This document shows positions 13,611-27,237 of a stretch of DNA of 64,000 nt, one piece after another. Origin of the DNA: the human T2T-CHM13v2.0 reference genome, Homo sapiens; NCBI RefSeq assembly GCF_009914755.1, contig NC_060934.1. The stretch is one strand, 5' to 3'. The notes beneath the pieces are model-generated. The model did no database searches. It had not been told where the DNA came from and saw nothing but the letters and a program-made list of their open reading frames with translations. The first letter of the stretch is position 1; the number at the start of each line of letters is the position of its first letter. The translations under genes and the position numbers were made by a program.

Positions 13611-16012
13611 TTGATCTTCGCTCTCTCATGCCTGCACACTCTCCTCAATGTCATTTTGTTATTAACTTGTCTTTTTTGCTTTAGCATTATTGACAGTGAT
13701 TGGGTCTCTGATTTCATTTTTTTGAAAAAGTTTTTTTTTTTAAAGAGAAACAATGAGTGTTCTTTGTTTATGTCTTCCTCAAAGCTATGGCATTAGGAGC
13801 ATAAAAGTTCACAGCTGCTGTCTTTTCTCAGTAGGTTATCTATATTAGGAATTATATCTCTCTGTTCCCCTTTTTTCTTAGCATCTTGAATCCTACTTTA
13901 TTTGATGTTACTAAATTTGCTTTCTTTTTGCTCACATTTACTTGCTTACCTTTTTTTTTCCGTTCTTTTGCTTTTTAATCTTTTTGTTTATTCCTCTCTC
14001 TTTTTTAGACCCAATCTCACACTTTCTATTTTAAGGGATAGATGAATCTAACCTATTCATGTTTATTATGAGAAACAAAATGTTTGTACCTTCTTTTGCC
14101 ATCTTATTTATTAGTTTTTTACTTGTCTTTCTTTCTTGTTTTTTATTTTTTTTTCCTTTCCCCCATTTTGTCCCATTTGCTCAACTGATCACATTTAATT
14201 TTTTACTTTTCCTTTGGTCTTAGGTTTCGGAAGTTATACTTTCCATGTCTATTTTGTTCCATTTCAATTCAAAGCCAAGAAACCCACAACAAATAAAGGA
14301 CCGAGATAACTAGACTTAAAGTGAGTTCCCAACAGTGGAAATAGACCAGGCTGATCAACAAAGAATGTGGCAGGAGTTTTCATGACTCAACATTCCAAAC
14401 ACAAGCTAAAATCACTAAGGTTTAAAAAACCTGGAAGCCTCTACTTGTGAAACTGTGGGATCTGTCTGCTGGAAACCCTCAGGGACAGGTGCTGGGAAAA
14501 GCTGGAGGATCAAGGGTGCACTTCCAGGCTCTGCTGTGACATGCCTTTGCCTGGTCTTTCCATTTGAGCTTGTGCAAGCTGCTTCCTTTTTCTCCGTCTT
14601 GAACTGTCTTGTATCTATGCTTTCTGTCCTCTGCTGACCCTCCTGCCAGCAAGATGGGGAGAGGGGAAGAGATAGGGCTTTGGAGAGAGAACAAGGAATG
14701 TGGGCTGGGAGTGATTCTCCTCCTGTGTTGTGAGCTCTGCGAAGCATCAAACATGGCTGGATATCCTTCTTCCGGACAGTTACATCTGCTGGTGCAGCCC
14801 GTCCTACAGGAGAGTGCTGACCGCCTGGGCCCCCTGTCACTGAGAACAGTGAGCAGGGCATATTTTTCCAGGAACCAGATATTGAGAATTAGTCTATTAC
14901 ATGCCGTTCATGCAATTAAATAGAAATTTGTGAGGCTATGTTGCCAGCAGCTGTGCAAGTTTGAGATCATACTGTATAAGCTGAATGAATCAAAATTGAC
15001 CGACAGTTGCCTTGAGATTGGGAACCTGGGCAGTGGGGTGCCATAGAAGCCAGGCTTTGTTGGGGGAAATGGGAAGAAGTTTTATTGTCCCAAGAGGAAT
15101 TGGGAGTGAGTGCCAGCCAGACCCAGAAAGGCCACAAGAGCTCTGGGCAGATGCTGGCATCTGCTGGGAGATACTGGCCCCTCTCATGATTCAACGTGCT
15201 CCCTGGCAATAAATGCCCTGGTTCAGTTTAGATTGGGCTTGAGGGCTGCTCTTGTGTCCAGGCTTGTGACTGTGGATGTCCATGCCTCCATTTTATTAGT
15301 TGCTTCCACCAGAGGATGTGGAGGTCTGGAAAACGTGGCAGGGGAGGGAGAGGAGTGTCTGGCTCAGAAATTTCAGGAGATAGAGGTTCCTTATGGAGCT
15401 AGCTGATGGGTGAGGGCTCCCAGGGCCACTTCAAGGTTCACTATAAGGAATACGTGGGGAAGCCTGTGGCAGAGGAGGCTCTGTCCATGTGTGGCCTGGG
15501 TGGCCTCAGGGTCATGAGCACCCGGGCTCTCCCAGCATCACAAAGTCCTGTTCCGAGGAGGCAGTGCTGTGGGCTGGTACAGGAGGAGGGTGACAGTAAG
15601 GGTCCAGGCAGGGCTCTGAAAGGCTGGGAGCAACTCTGGCAACTCCGTTCACAGTAATCAGAGTGACAGATCACCAACAGGTCAGCCAGGAAAGCCAAGA
15701 CACTGTTGAAGGGCCAAGGCTGGTCTACAAAACTGGGAGGCCAGAAGGAAATGACTGTGGGGAACCAGAGGTGTGGTGCCTAGCCTAGGAGTGAGCCTGA
15801 GGGGCAGTTGGTGGCCAGGTGAGGGCAGGGCTGGGTGGGCTTGTTGGCTCAGATTTGAGTATCCAGTGTGCTAGGATTTGTATCCAGTTATGTGTATGTT
15901 ATACAATTTAACCCCTAGCTCATCCCTGTGATGGAGGTAATATTGTCTCCATTTTACAAATGATACAATCTAAAGTAAAAAAAAAAAAAATGGACTCCCC
16001 ATTGTAAACAAA

Positions 16013-16460
16013 TGTGAACCTGAAACAGCCAGTCCTTCAAGATGAGTCCCCAGGGGCTAACTGGACCTAAATTTAAAATCGGGCCAAGTGGACATTGGCT
16101 GAGTAGGGATCACACATGTACTCTGCCTTCCCCCAAAGACCAGACTCCTGTTTAATTCTGGAACTTTCAGATCTCACCTGAACCAACCAATCAGAGTTCT
16201 CCTGAACCAACCCATCAGAACTCACTTTCCAGAGCTCAGCTGTATCATCCCTCAGAACTAAATAAGTCCAAATCCTTCATTTGCATAAACAGACCTGACT
16301 GGGAACCTGGGCTGGCACGTTTGCTATAAAACCCTCCTTTATGTTCTCTGGAACACACCTTCACCTTTTGCATGGAAGCTGTGTCTCCCCAGTTTGCAAA
16401 CTGTTCACTGGAATAAAGTCTCTTTCCTCCATATTCCGTTTCAGAAAACTTTTGTTCACA
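16013..16460 (+). mobile_element. ERV solo LTR (LTR47-like), inside a MIR
   Basis: 7-bp inverted termini TGTGAAC...GTTCACA; CCAAT, TATAAAA (16325-16331) and AATAAA (16412-16417) in U3-R-U5 order. No clear TSD. Confidence 0.7.
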
Positions 16461-17993
16461 CTGCACAGCTAGCATGCTAGGTCTCATTCAGATCTAGCTG
16501 ACTCCAGAGTTCCTATCTGGCTCACTTAACTACTTAGAGTTCTCCTTTCTCATACAATCAAGGAGGCTGGACAACATCAGGGTTTTCTGAATCCACCTTC
16601 ATGATTTTTGTCATACTCACATTTCATCTGTGCTATTATTTGTGTAAAAGTTTTCCTGAAGCAGTCTTACTTCTAATTAATTTATTTTTATTGTGGTAAT
16701 GTATGTGTAACACAAAGTCTACTATTTGAACCACTTTTAAATATATAGGTAAGTGCCATTAAGTGCATTCACGTTGCTGTGAAACACTTTTGGTTTTAAC
16801 GTCAATATACGGTATTTTAGAAAGGAAAACTTGGTATCTCTATCACAAGCGGGAACTTTCCATAGAGGTAGCTATTGGAATGGACAGAACGAAGACAGAA
16901 AGTTATTCATGAGCAGCCAGTTCCTGTTGCACTGAAAGCTCTAAGTAAGATGAGGCCTGTTCCCTTTTCACCCCTGTGCCCCCATATTTTGTTTAAAAGG
17001 AGGATCCAAGTGTTTGAGAAGTGTCAAAGGTAGGCTCACAGGGTTGACACTTCATCCTTGACATGCTTAGAAGAACTGAAAGAGGAAAGGGACATTTTCT
17101 CATGCCCAGCTCCCCCTTCACCCCTTGCCCATCCCAGAGTCCCCTCTCTGCCCCCAAGCTGTGGGGATGGCTGGGATGTGAACCAGGTCCCTTCCCAGCA
17201 AGATTCCGTGACCTGTGACACCGAACAGGGGATCTGCCCTCTCTGACTTGGACCCATGACTAGAAGCAGCTTTTCGGACAAGTCCTTTAAGGTCCCTTCC
17301 TGTTTTATCCCCAAGAGATACCCTTTCTCTCTCTGAAACCCATCACAGGGACTGGATTGCCCAAGTGCTTCTGGCCCAGGTGTCTTGGATGGCAGCACAC
17401 AGAGTACCTCATTATGACGTTTGCATGGGCCGCTGTGACGAGGCTATACTGTGATGGGCGAGGCTACTAGCTGCTCTGAGGGAGTAAACTTAGTGCAATT
17501 TGGATGAAAGGCAGATATTTAAAGCACCTTCTTAAAATGTGGGTCACACAGTGCTGGACACAGAAACCCTATGCGGGATGGGCGCAAGGGCTTCAGAGTG
17601 AGCCAGGTTTCAGTTTGAGGCTAGATGTGTCTGGTGACCCATTTTCCTGCAAGATACAAGTAATGAAATGTGTGCATGTATGTCCTTCTTGGAAGCATGA
17701 AGGGGCCAAAAAGAACATGGAAGGCGTTGTTTTCTTAAGTTGGACAAGGACATTCTCTATCAACATTTTAAGGAAACATTTTCATTGCAGAAGTTGTGGA
17801 CATGTTCCAGTAAAACAGGCTGTGATACCAGGAACATGGGGGATAAGAATGAAAATTACTTTGGAAATCCTGGCAAAACATCACTGTGATGGAGTCAGTG
17901 GCTCTGTGCCTTCCTCCCTTCTCCTGGGCATGGTCTTCCCTCTTGTGGAGCCCTGCCACGATGCCCACGGCACACCGGACATGCACTTCTCAC

Positions 17994-18193
17994 CTGGGGC
18001 TTGATCTCATCTTTGTCCTTGTAGTAGAAAAGCTGATCCCCACGCAGCACAAACCAGCGCTGCTGCCAGTTCTTCATGATGCTCCTCTGCTTCTTCAGCC
18101 AGCCCGCCTTCAGCACGGGGCCCAGCCTGTGAGGGCACGGCATCCGCCCAGGGCTCCGGCTCTGCTCCCCCATCACTAGGCTTTTGGAGCGGG
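17994..18193 (-). CDS. ARHGAP22: ARHGAP22 coding exon 2 (200 nt; N-terminal part of PH domain)
   Basis: Acceptor cttggctttcag|CCCGC and donor CAG|GTGAGA. Encodes [67 protein letters not shown] with the PH signature KxGWLxK..W..RWFVL...LxYY. Ends in phase 0. Confidence 0.97.
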
Positions 18194-18459
18194 CTGAAAG
18201 CCAAGGACACACAGAGTGAGCATGAAGGCAGCGTGCCTGCTATCAGTCCTGCCCCCATCCTGGTGTCCCAGCTGCCTCGTGACTGAGGCATGGGAGCCCA
18301 GGCCAGCAGGATGTGAGCAGCTGGGCCTACTTCCCCTTGGCATTGAAGGGGCATGGGTTGGAGCATCTGTGCAGCAGCCTGCAGTGATCCCCCTGGGGTA
18401 GGGGTACAGCCTGCCCACCTGGTTAGTTTCTGCTCTGTCTCTGGGATCCTAGGTTCTTC

Positions 18460-18707
18460 ATTCCTCCACATTTGTTCATCCATGCATCCATGTATCCAAC
18501 CATGCATCCATCCATGCATCCACCTGTTCATCCACGGATTCATCCATCCACCTGTTCATTTGTTCAATGATTCATTTATTCATTCAGCCATTGCTTATTG
18601 ATTTCTTACTATGTGCATAGAACCGTTCTAGTTTTCCAGGGGACAAAGTAGTGAAATAAAAAACAGATAAACATCTGGATCCTCCTGGAGCTCACAGTCT
18701 AGCAGGG
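18460..18707 (-). mobile_element. L2 3' end with expanded (TCCA/TTCA)n tail
   Basis: ttactatgtgcatagaaccgttctag...ggagctcacagtctagcaggg preceded by degenerate catc/catt repeats. Confidence 0.75.
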
Positions 18708-19753
18708 TTCCTGTTGCTCAGGTCCAGAAGGAACTGGCCCCACCCAGATCTGGTTTCTGCTTAGCCCCTCTACTCTGGAGGCATCCGAGCCCCCAAAGCC
18801 TTTGTATTTGTTCCCTGGGAACATCCCACAGCGGGGCTTCTTCTTCAGCTGTTTGCTGTGCCTTGTTGGTGGCTTCCTGGCAGGGCAGAGGGGCCAGCAC
18901 TCCTACCCCAGAGCCTCTGAGTGCCCGTGAGCCCTGCAGGTCCTTATTCTGGTTGATGGTGCTGAGCCACACCCCACCGAGGTTGGTGCTGCCCTTCACA
19001 GGGATGACTGAATTCTTGTCCCCTCTGCCCCTACTCCTTCCCCTTCTGTCCCCCTCCTTCATTCTCCTCTGTCCCCAGGGAAGCTCCTCTCCTCTCTCTG
19101 GCCAGTATCAAGGCCATTGCCACAGTGATCACTAGGAGGGGCCATCTTGAACTCTGGAGAAATAATTCTGAGTTCAAATGTAATCACACCTGTAATTCTT
19201 AGGCCATGGATCCTAACTTGTGATTGGAAAGCACAGTGCCTGTGACCTACAATTCTTGCACTGTATCTGTGATTCTGTGTGTGTGGGTGTAAGCTCTTCC
19301 CACTACACTAGTGACTGCAGTTCTCTAAGCCTGGCCTACTTCTGCCCATGTGGTCCCACTAGCCTGGACTTTTCTTCCATCCCTCTTCCATCCATACCCT
19401 GGCATTAGCTGCATGGTGAGCTCCTATATATCCTTCAAGAGCCAACTCAAAGGACACTTCCTCCATGGAGCCTTCCTTCTGAATCTCCTCCAAATAGTCA
19501 CTCCCTCCCCTACCAGGACAGGTGGCCCATGGCTGGTGATTATCTGTGTGGTTGTCTTTCTGCCACTCTGGACTGAAGGGTGGGGACTGGAGGAGATGAT
19601 GTCTTACCCACTTCTACATGCGTGTCCTCGTTACTGTGGGGGGCAAGGAACAGACGTAAGTCATGGTGGTCAAATATCACTGGATACTTAGGGTCACCCT
19701 TATTGTTAGGTATTTTTTGTATCTTAACATGACAGTAAATATTACATAGTACT

Positions 19754-20517
<764 letters not shown>

Positions 20518-21274
20518 CTGATGTTCACACCTTCACCTCAACTGTCATATGGCCTGGGGTATAATACTGAATCTATCACTTTTACACAGGCCCCTGCTCT
20601 GGAAGGGGTTGTCCCCTCCAGACAGGCCGCTGCTCATGGACAACAGCAGCATTCACAGGAGGCCTCATCTCTTCTCTCTGGCACCCAAGTAGCTGTGATA
20701 GATCTATGGGTACCACTAGCCACCCTGGTGTCAGACTGTCTAGGTCCTCACCCGCTCCACCTTGATTCTCTGTTGCTGTCCCTCTGCTGCTGGAGAGGTT
20801 GGGGTTGAATGCTCTAGCCTTGCCTTGGCTGTGTTTTGGCCCAGAGAGGAAGTGGGTTGTTTGCATGCTTGCCCCTGAACACTGAAGCTGGATTGGTGAT
20901 TCCTCAGGACAGTGGGTTTTTTCCAGAGACTAACGGGAAGGCAAATCAGGGAGCTGAGTGTGGATCACATGGCCCAGGACTTTCAAGGAAAACAGCCCCC
21001 TCTGAAGCCCAACAGCGCCCTGAAACTGGGCTTGAGCTTCACCTTATCTGTGTTTCAGAATGATCGGCACTTTTTTTCCCTCCTCTCTGTGGGGTTGGTC
21101 CCTGCACTTGTTCATGTGGATTTAGAGTGTGCTTCCCTCCTTTATATCTATGGCTGGTTATTATCCCTGCAAATGGACACACCGTACATTGCTTTTAGAT
21201 TCTCACATTGATGGGTATTGGCACTCTCCTTAATGTGAGTTATTTAATTAAAAAGACGTTGGGACCCAACTGAA

Positions 21275-21620
21275 GAAATACAGGCTTTGGACTAAGGTTT
21301 GAGTTTGCATCACTGCCAGCTCTGTGAACTCTCTGTGCCTCAGTTTGCCAGTCAGAAAACTGGGCCCATATGAGATAACAACACCTCACCCAGCAGGGCA
21401 AGCTGGCAGAGGGGAGACAGCATAACTGCAGAGTGCTTAGACGTACAGGTGCCTAGTAATGGGTTACTATGGTGATAAGGATTAGGATAATGGAGATGGC
21501 GCAGTGGATGTCTCCATGCAGAATTTGTTTCCTAAAGCTGGGCTCCCAGCAGTGAGGTCACAGGGCAGAGAATGGACCACTCTCTGGCCCCTGGCCCTTT
21601 AAATGTCACTATACACTGCC
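21275..21620. mobile_element. MIR fragments (both orientations)
   Basis: ctctctgtgcctcagtttgcc core and gaggtcacagggcag. Confidence 0.55.
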
Positions 21621-24199
21621 TTCTAGAGATGGCATTTGGCTGTATTACACCAAACAATTATGCCAATGTGCCACTTTCCCCATCACTACCAACATAAAAT
21701 AGTATAATTTGAGCGTTCCTACTCCATAATTTAGTAGGTATAAAATGGCACGTAGTTATTGTCTTAGCTGTTCTGATTTTGGGTGATTAATCAACTGGAA
21801 CATCTTTGCACGGGCTTCTACCAATTGTATGAGACGTCTGCTCGCTCCATTTGCCCATTTAGCTGATTGCCCACAGCAGGAGGAGCACTGAGTCAAACTC
21901 AGTGGCATACAATCCTGGAGTCCTGGAGACCCAGAGCTACTGGGCCCCCTTTCCCTCTCCATAGGAGCCCCAGACCTTCCCTGCAAGTCTTCCTACAGCC
22001 TGGAATTTCCAGACACCTGTATTTCCAGACACCTGTAGCACCCTATCCCGCATCTGTGCTGCACAGCCCTGGCTGCTCTGCAACCTCAGCAGCCCCGTGT
22101 GGAGGACACAGACTTGGAAGAAACCACCCTGCCCAGATAAGGGTGAGCCGAGCCTCTGATAAGACAGGTGGGGTTGTGCCAGAAGAGACCCAAAGCATCA
22201 GAAGGGGCCTTTCTGCTCCAGGGCTGCTGCCTCCCCTTCTCCATCTCAAGCCAGCGAGGGGTTGAGCAGGGCTGGATTCAGCAGCACTCACCAGTCCCTT
22301 TCCAGGGTTGGGGCTGCATCAGGCCCTGGGAGGTGGAGCTGACAAGTGTTATCAGGACCCCTGGGCTCGAGAGGAGTCTGGCAGGGGACTAAGGAGGACA
22401 GGGAGAGGTGTGCCCCTTTGATTACTGAGTTTTCTTATCTGGGTCTCAACTTGCTCATCTCTAAAATTCCTTCAATGGGTTGAGAATTGCTAGTCAAATT
22501 AGGTCACCAGTGCCTGGGCTTTTTTTTGTTTAATCAAGTGAGATTCCTACCATGAGACTTGGCAGATGTTGTTTCCCCTGGCAGTGAGGAGTCTCTGGAG
22601 CTGATGGGTTGGCTTAGGTCTCCACTGTCTATTCTTGAATTCTCCTTTATCTCTTATCAGAGAATCTTCAAGGGCTATGGAGAACATTTTGTCCTTCCAC
22701 AGATGTTTGCAGAGTACTCTTTGGGGTCTTTAGTGGGGACTGAAGTCATGGAATGTTCTAGAGCTACATCCCTGATTCTGTCTCTTGTCTTCTATTACAA
22801 CAAGGCCTGAAGCTGGTTCATTAAATGCACTTGCTCTTCTTTCCACATCCCCCATAGCATCCTGTGCAGGGCTGGTGCACATTAGGAGCTCAACAAAAAC
22901 TCGGTAACTCATCAGCACAGTCCAGCTCCTCTGAGCACTGCTGCACCCTCTGTCCCAGCGGTGGACAATGTCTGTGAGGTGCTCTCTGTCCAGGCATGCC
23001 TGCCCCAAGAAGGGTGAGCTCCCTGTGCATAGGACCATGGATGCTGAGCCTGGCTGAGAGCAGGATCTTGCACAATCAATACATGGCTGACTGTGGGACT
23101 GGCCTGTAGTCAATGTGGCAAGACAAAGAAGGTGGGCACATTCTGTGCCCTGATGCCCAAGGCCCAGGCATCAGGCCTCCTGAGAGCTTCACGTAAGGAG
23201 GGAGCAGGTATGGGGGGCCATGTTCACTGGGGCAAGGGTAGGCAGGAAGCTCTGGGTGGTCTCTACTTCAGTAGATGTAGGCATCCCCGAGGGTTCCACC
23301 TGCCCCACCCTGCAGGATAGGAAAGGCTGGCTCCAGTCCCTCTGACAAGGAAGCACTTCCTGCAGATGCTACTGAAGCTGCAAAACCAGCCTAGGATTTT
23401 CCCCAGCTGATCAATCACACACATATTAGGCTGATGGAGCTTCTTGAAAGGAAAATAATCATTGCTATGATTTATTAATAACTGCTGTTCCGGTCTTCAG
23501 CACTTCCTTTAATCAATTTATTTGGTCCTGTTAATATTTAAACCAGGCCTCAAGTCAAACAGCTCTGGCATTCTAAGTCTCCAGAACAGATCAGAGTTTC
23601 TGGAGGGTCCCCAGGAGCAGGCCCAGGCAAGCTCAGGGCCCAGAGAGGAGGAAGGTGCCCTTCACCCTCCACCCTTCCCAAAGGTGGCTCTTCCATGCAC
23701 ACGCAGGACCATCCATTCACTCATCCATTTATTCCAAATCTATGGAGCTCCTCCAGGTACAGAGCCCAATTGACTTGATGGTGTTCCCTGTGGGGTCCCG
23801 CAGTCTGGCAGGGGAAGTAAATCACAACCACCACGGAGGGATGAAAGAGCACAGGCCTTGTGGGGCAGGCAAAGGCTGTGGATGCTGACCCTGAGGTGCC
23901 GACCTTTCTGCTATAGACCTCTGCTGAGGTCCCTCCACCCCGTGGAGGGAGGCCCCAGGCCAGGCCTCGAAGGATACTAGAGTGTGGGATGACCTCAGGG
24001 GAGGTGGGGCTCAGGCTTGGGAGGAAGAAGCTAGCCTGGCACTTGCAATCTTTTGGCTCACATGACTGCGTGTGCCGAGGGGCCGCTGTCACCTACTCTT
24101 GCTGACAGGCACATCTTGAGAGGGTGGCCCACATACCTGCCTCTCCTTCCTCACCCCCCAGTCCCCACCAACTCCTTGCATTTAGAGATTTTGGCCTCT

Positions 24200-24990
24200 C
24201 CTGATATTGCTCTGACCAAATCCAACCTGAATTGGATCTCAGGGTCTCATCCTCCGATGCCCTGTGGTGGCTCAGACACTATTAATCACCCTCTGCTTCT
24301 GGAAGCTCTTCCTTCCTTCCCCTCTGCAGAGCCCAAATACCAGCGTTTTTGCTCAAGTTTCTTTCCGCTTCCCCAGCCTGCTTCTGGCTTCAACTTCCTC
24401 CATCCTCCCAAATCCTGCTGTTGCCCAGGGTTGTCCCAGCTGTCTCTATTTCATTATGAATCCCAGGGCGTTATTTCTGCCCGGATCTTACTCAGGAGCT
24501 TCAGACTCATGTGTCAAACCATCTGCAGGACACTCCAGAGAAATGTCTCATGGTTATCTGGGCCTATGTCCAAATTCAACATGTCTCTCCCCAACCCACT
24601 TCTCCTCCCCATTCTCATCCAGGGCTCCATGACCAAGCAGACTTAACAGCTTGGACTTGTTCAGACAAATCCCTCCCCGTCAAGTCCTACAGTCCCTTAG
24701 TTTCCAAATCTGAAGATTCTCTCAGTGCATTCTGCCTTCTTTTCATCTCCCCTTTACTGAACTGATTTGTATATAGCCATCCCTTGCCTGGGCTACTTCC
24801 TGACTCTTAGCTCCTGCCTTCCACAAGATTCTCCAAAATAGATATGCAGCTACTAAGGGAGCTACACACAGATCTTCCTACACACAGTTCTAAAAAATCT
24901 TACTCTTTTCACAGAAGTAGTTATGGTATTTACTACACACAGAGGAAAATCCAGCCCCAGCCTGGCAATCGCTACCCTTCCACAGCACAG
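24200..24990 (+). mobile_element. L2 ORF2 (RT) remnant
   Basis: Translation SDTINHPLLLEALPSF resembles the L2 RT motif AFDTVDHSLLLETLSSL; later caaattcaacatgtc is L2-like. Confidence 0.65.
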
Positions 24991-25959
24991 GATTTTCCTG
25001 TGTGTAGCTCCCTCCACACTGCACCCCACGGGCATGTACAATTATTATGTGTCAATTATAAACAAAATTTTCAAAAGCAGGTAAACCACGCCAAGGGAAG
25101 AGAGTTAAGGTCGCAGTGTCATGGGTGGAGGGGTGAGGGTACACAAGGGCCACTTTACAGAGAGAGGGTAGGGGTGACAGGAGGGGGAGTACAGCAAAGA
25201 AGCCTAGAGAACTCTTTCAGGAATGTTCCCTGCAAGCAGGAGAGAAGAGGGGAGAGTGGTATGGAGGGGCAGGGTGCCCCTTGCTAGAACGGGAGGGACC
25301 CGAGCCGGTTTAAGTGCATTTGGACTGGCAGATGTGGAGGCTGTGGGTGAGGGTCAGGTAGGGTGATGAGTCAAGAGGGAGCTTCCTGGGAGGTGACAGG
25401 ATGTGGAGCCTGAGCTCAGGGGGTCAGAGGTTAGCATGAGATGGCAAGACACTGTCCTCGGTTGTGGTGGGGGCAAGGAGGTGCCCTGTAGCAAGAATGA
25501 GGCCTTCCTCTGCTCGGAAGTGCCCCACCAGCTGAGGCCCTACCTGCTGGGATTGGAGAGTCTACCTGTTCCCCATAGCCCTCCTTGTGCTCATTCTGAC
25601 AACGTCCCCATCCCATGCCTCTATATTGCTGCAGCCCTGAGCTGCATTTGTGCCAGGGTGCCCATAAACCCTTGAGTGGCCTGGTCAGGACTACAGGTCG
25701 CGCTGTGCCGGGCCATCTGGCCTGTGAGGGAGGACGTGGGCTGCACGCCTTCCCAGTCACTGAGGATGGTAAACTTGGAGCTTGCTCTATGACTCTGGCC
25801 TGGCCGTCCTGGGGACTCTGGAGGTGGTCATGGGGGTATTGCTTCCTCTTGGGGTGAGATGAGAGAAAGAAGAAATTCAGCGCATGGGCAGGGTAGGGCT
25901 GGGGTGGGTGGGCAGTGGAAGGGATGGACGTTCACAAGAGCCTGTGACTGCCAGAGCTA

Positions 25960-26110
25960 GGGCCCGGCAGTGAATAATTTCACTTATTTCTCAGCGCAAC
26001 CCTGATTTCTCAGATGTTCGAATTGAGGCTCAGAGGAGAGAAGAGCTTCCTCAAGGTCACACAACATTGCTCTTATGTGGCAGAGCCGGGATTCAAGCCC
26101 TGGCTGGTCT
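25960..26110 (-). mobile_element. MIR
   Basis: cagatg...tgaggctcagag...caaggtcacaca...ggcagagccgggattcaagccc. Confidence 0.75.
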
Positions 26111-26499
26111 TGCTCACTATGGACACTACAGTTCTGAGACTGCAAATGGAGCCTGAGTAGCCCTTAAGTGCTTCAGCTCAGAGCCTCCAGAGAGGAGGAG
26201 CGCCAGGCTAAGAGGGAGGGTGACTGCGAGCCCGCAGACTCAAAAAGAAATGAAGCCTGAGATGAAAACACGTTAACACAAACACAAGAGGTCAAAACCC
26301 TGGGTGTAGGCAAATGGAATTCAAGTACCCAAAGGTTCATTCATCGTTAGAGGAGAGCAGAAGGACTGTGCAACGCGAAGTCACCCCGAGGCACAGGGCC
26401 AGCAGAGGAGGAACCATTTCACGCCATTTTCTCATCCAGGAGGGATCCTTCATTTCTCAGAATTGAATAAATTAAAGAAGTGAATATGCAATGGGAGAG

Positions 26500-27160
26500 A
26501 GAGGAAATACTAATAACTACCAGCATGTATGGGTATGCTGAACTTCAGCAGTGAGAGGGGAAATGCAGACTACAGCCATAAGATACCGCACTGTGTACCA
26601 TTTAGATAGGTACTTTTTTTTTAAAGTTTGGCGATATCACATGTTGGCGAGGCTGTGAGTAATCCTAAGTCACATATAGAGAGTAATTGGGCTGTATTCA
26701 TTAAAATTAAAAACGTGCATCCTGGGCAACATGGCGAAACCTCATATCTACAAAAAATACAAAAATTTGCTGGGCATGGTGGTGTGCCCCTGTGGTCCCA
26801 GCTATTCAGGAGGCTGAGGTGGGAGGATTCCTTGAGCCTGGGAGGCAGAGGTTGCAGTGAGTCGAGATTGCATCACTGCACTCCAGCTTGGACAATAGAG
26901 CAAGACCCTGTCTAAAAAAAACCCCAAAACAACAACAACAACAACAAAACATGCATGCTCTGCAATCTAACAATTGTGCTGCTCACCTCTGTCCTGCAGA
27001 GAGAACTACAAATGCATGGGTAGTCACAATCAAGCATGCCCATTGATATCTAAAAATGTAAAAACCTGAGTGCCCGTTAGTAAGAAAATGGACAAACTGT
27101 GCTATATTCACATTAGAAAAGACTTGAAAAGAATGAGATCAAAATATACAAGCTAACATG
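26500..27160 (+). mobile_element. Old L1M 3' fragment (hosts an AluJ)
   Basis: gggaaatgcagactacagccataagataccgc and atggacaaactgtg..tatattcac motifs. Confidence 0.6.
26721..26945 (+). mobile_element. 5'-truncated AluJ with (CAA)n tail
   Basis: Starts mid-left-arm at cctgggcaacatgg; 11-bp TSD aaaac(g/a)tgcat at 26710-26720 and 26946-26956. Confidence 0.9.
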
Positions 27161-27237
27161 GTTAGCTTCTCTTTTATCCAGCACCTCACTGTCTTCAATC
27201 CTTGTCTCCAATTCCTGCCTTGTTTTCTCTCACTCTC

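Larger units (their letters stand above)
11440..14260 (-). mobile_element. Old fragmented L1M/HAL1-like sequence (interrupted by Alu and TG repeat)
   Basis: T-rich plus strand with antisense L1-like motifs such as ctccttctattcggacattgg and cctattcatgtttatt. Confidence 0.5.

Noticed and set aside
1-17993. ARHGAP22 exon 3 (rest of PH domain, GFISLQG... from memory)
   Set aside because: No matching peptide found by eye or in the ORF track; it probably lies beyond the left edge of the window.
18007-18543. 178-aa minus ORF starting MNPWMNRWMHGWMHG
   Set aside because: Its start lies in an intronic (TGGA)n L2 tail. Only the exon 2 part is meaningful, as the spliced overlapping ORF reported above.
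24053-24646. 197-aa plus ORF
   Set aside because: Chance frame through a decayed L2 reverse transcriptase region.
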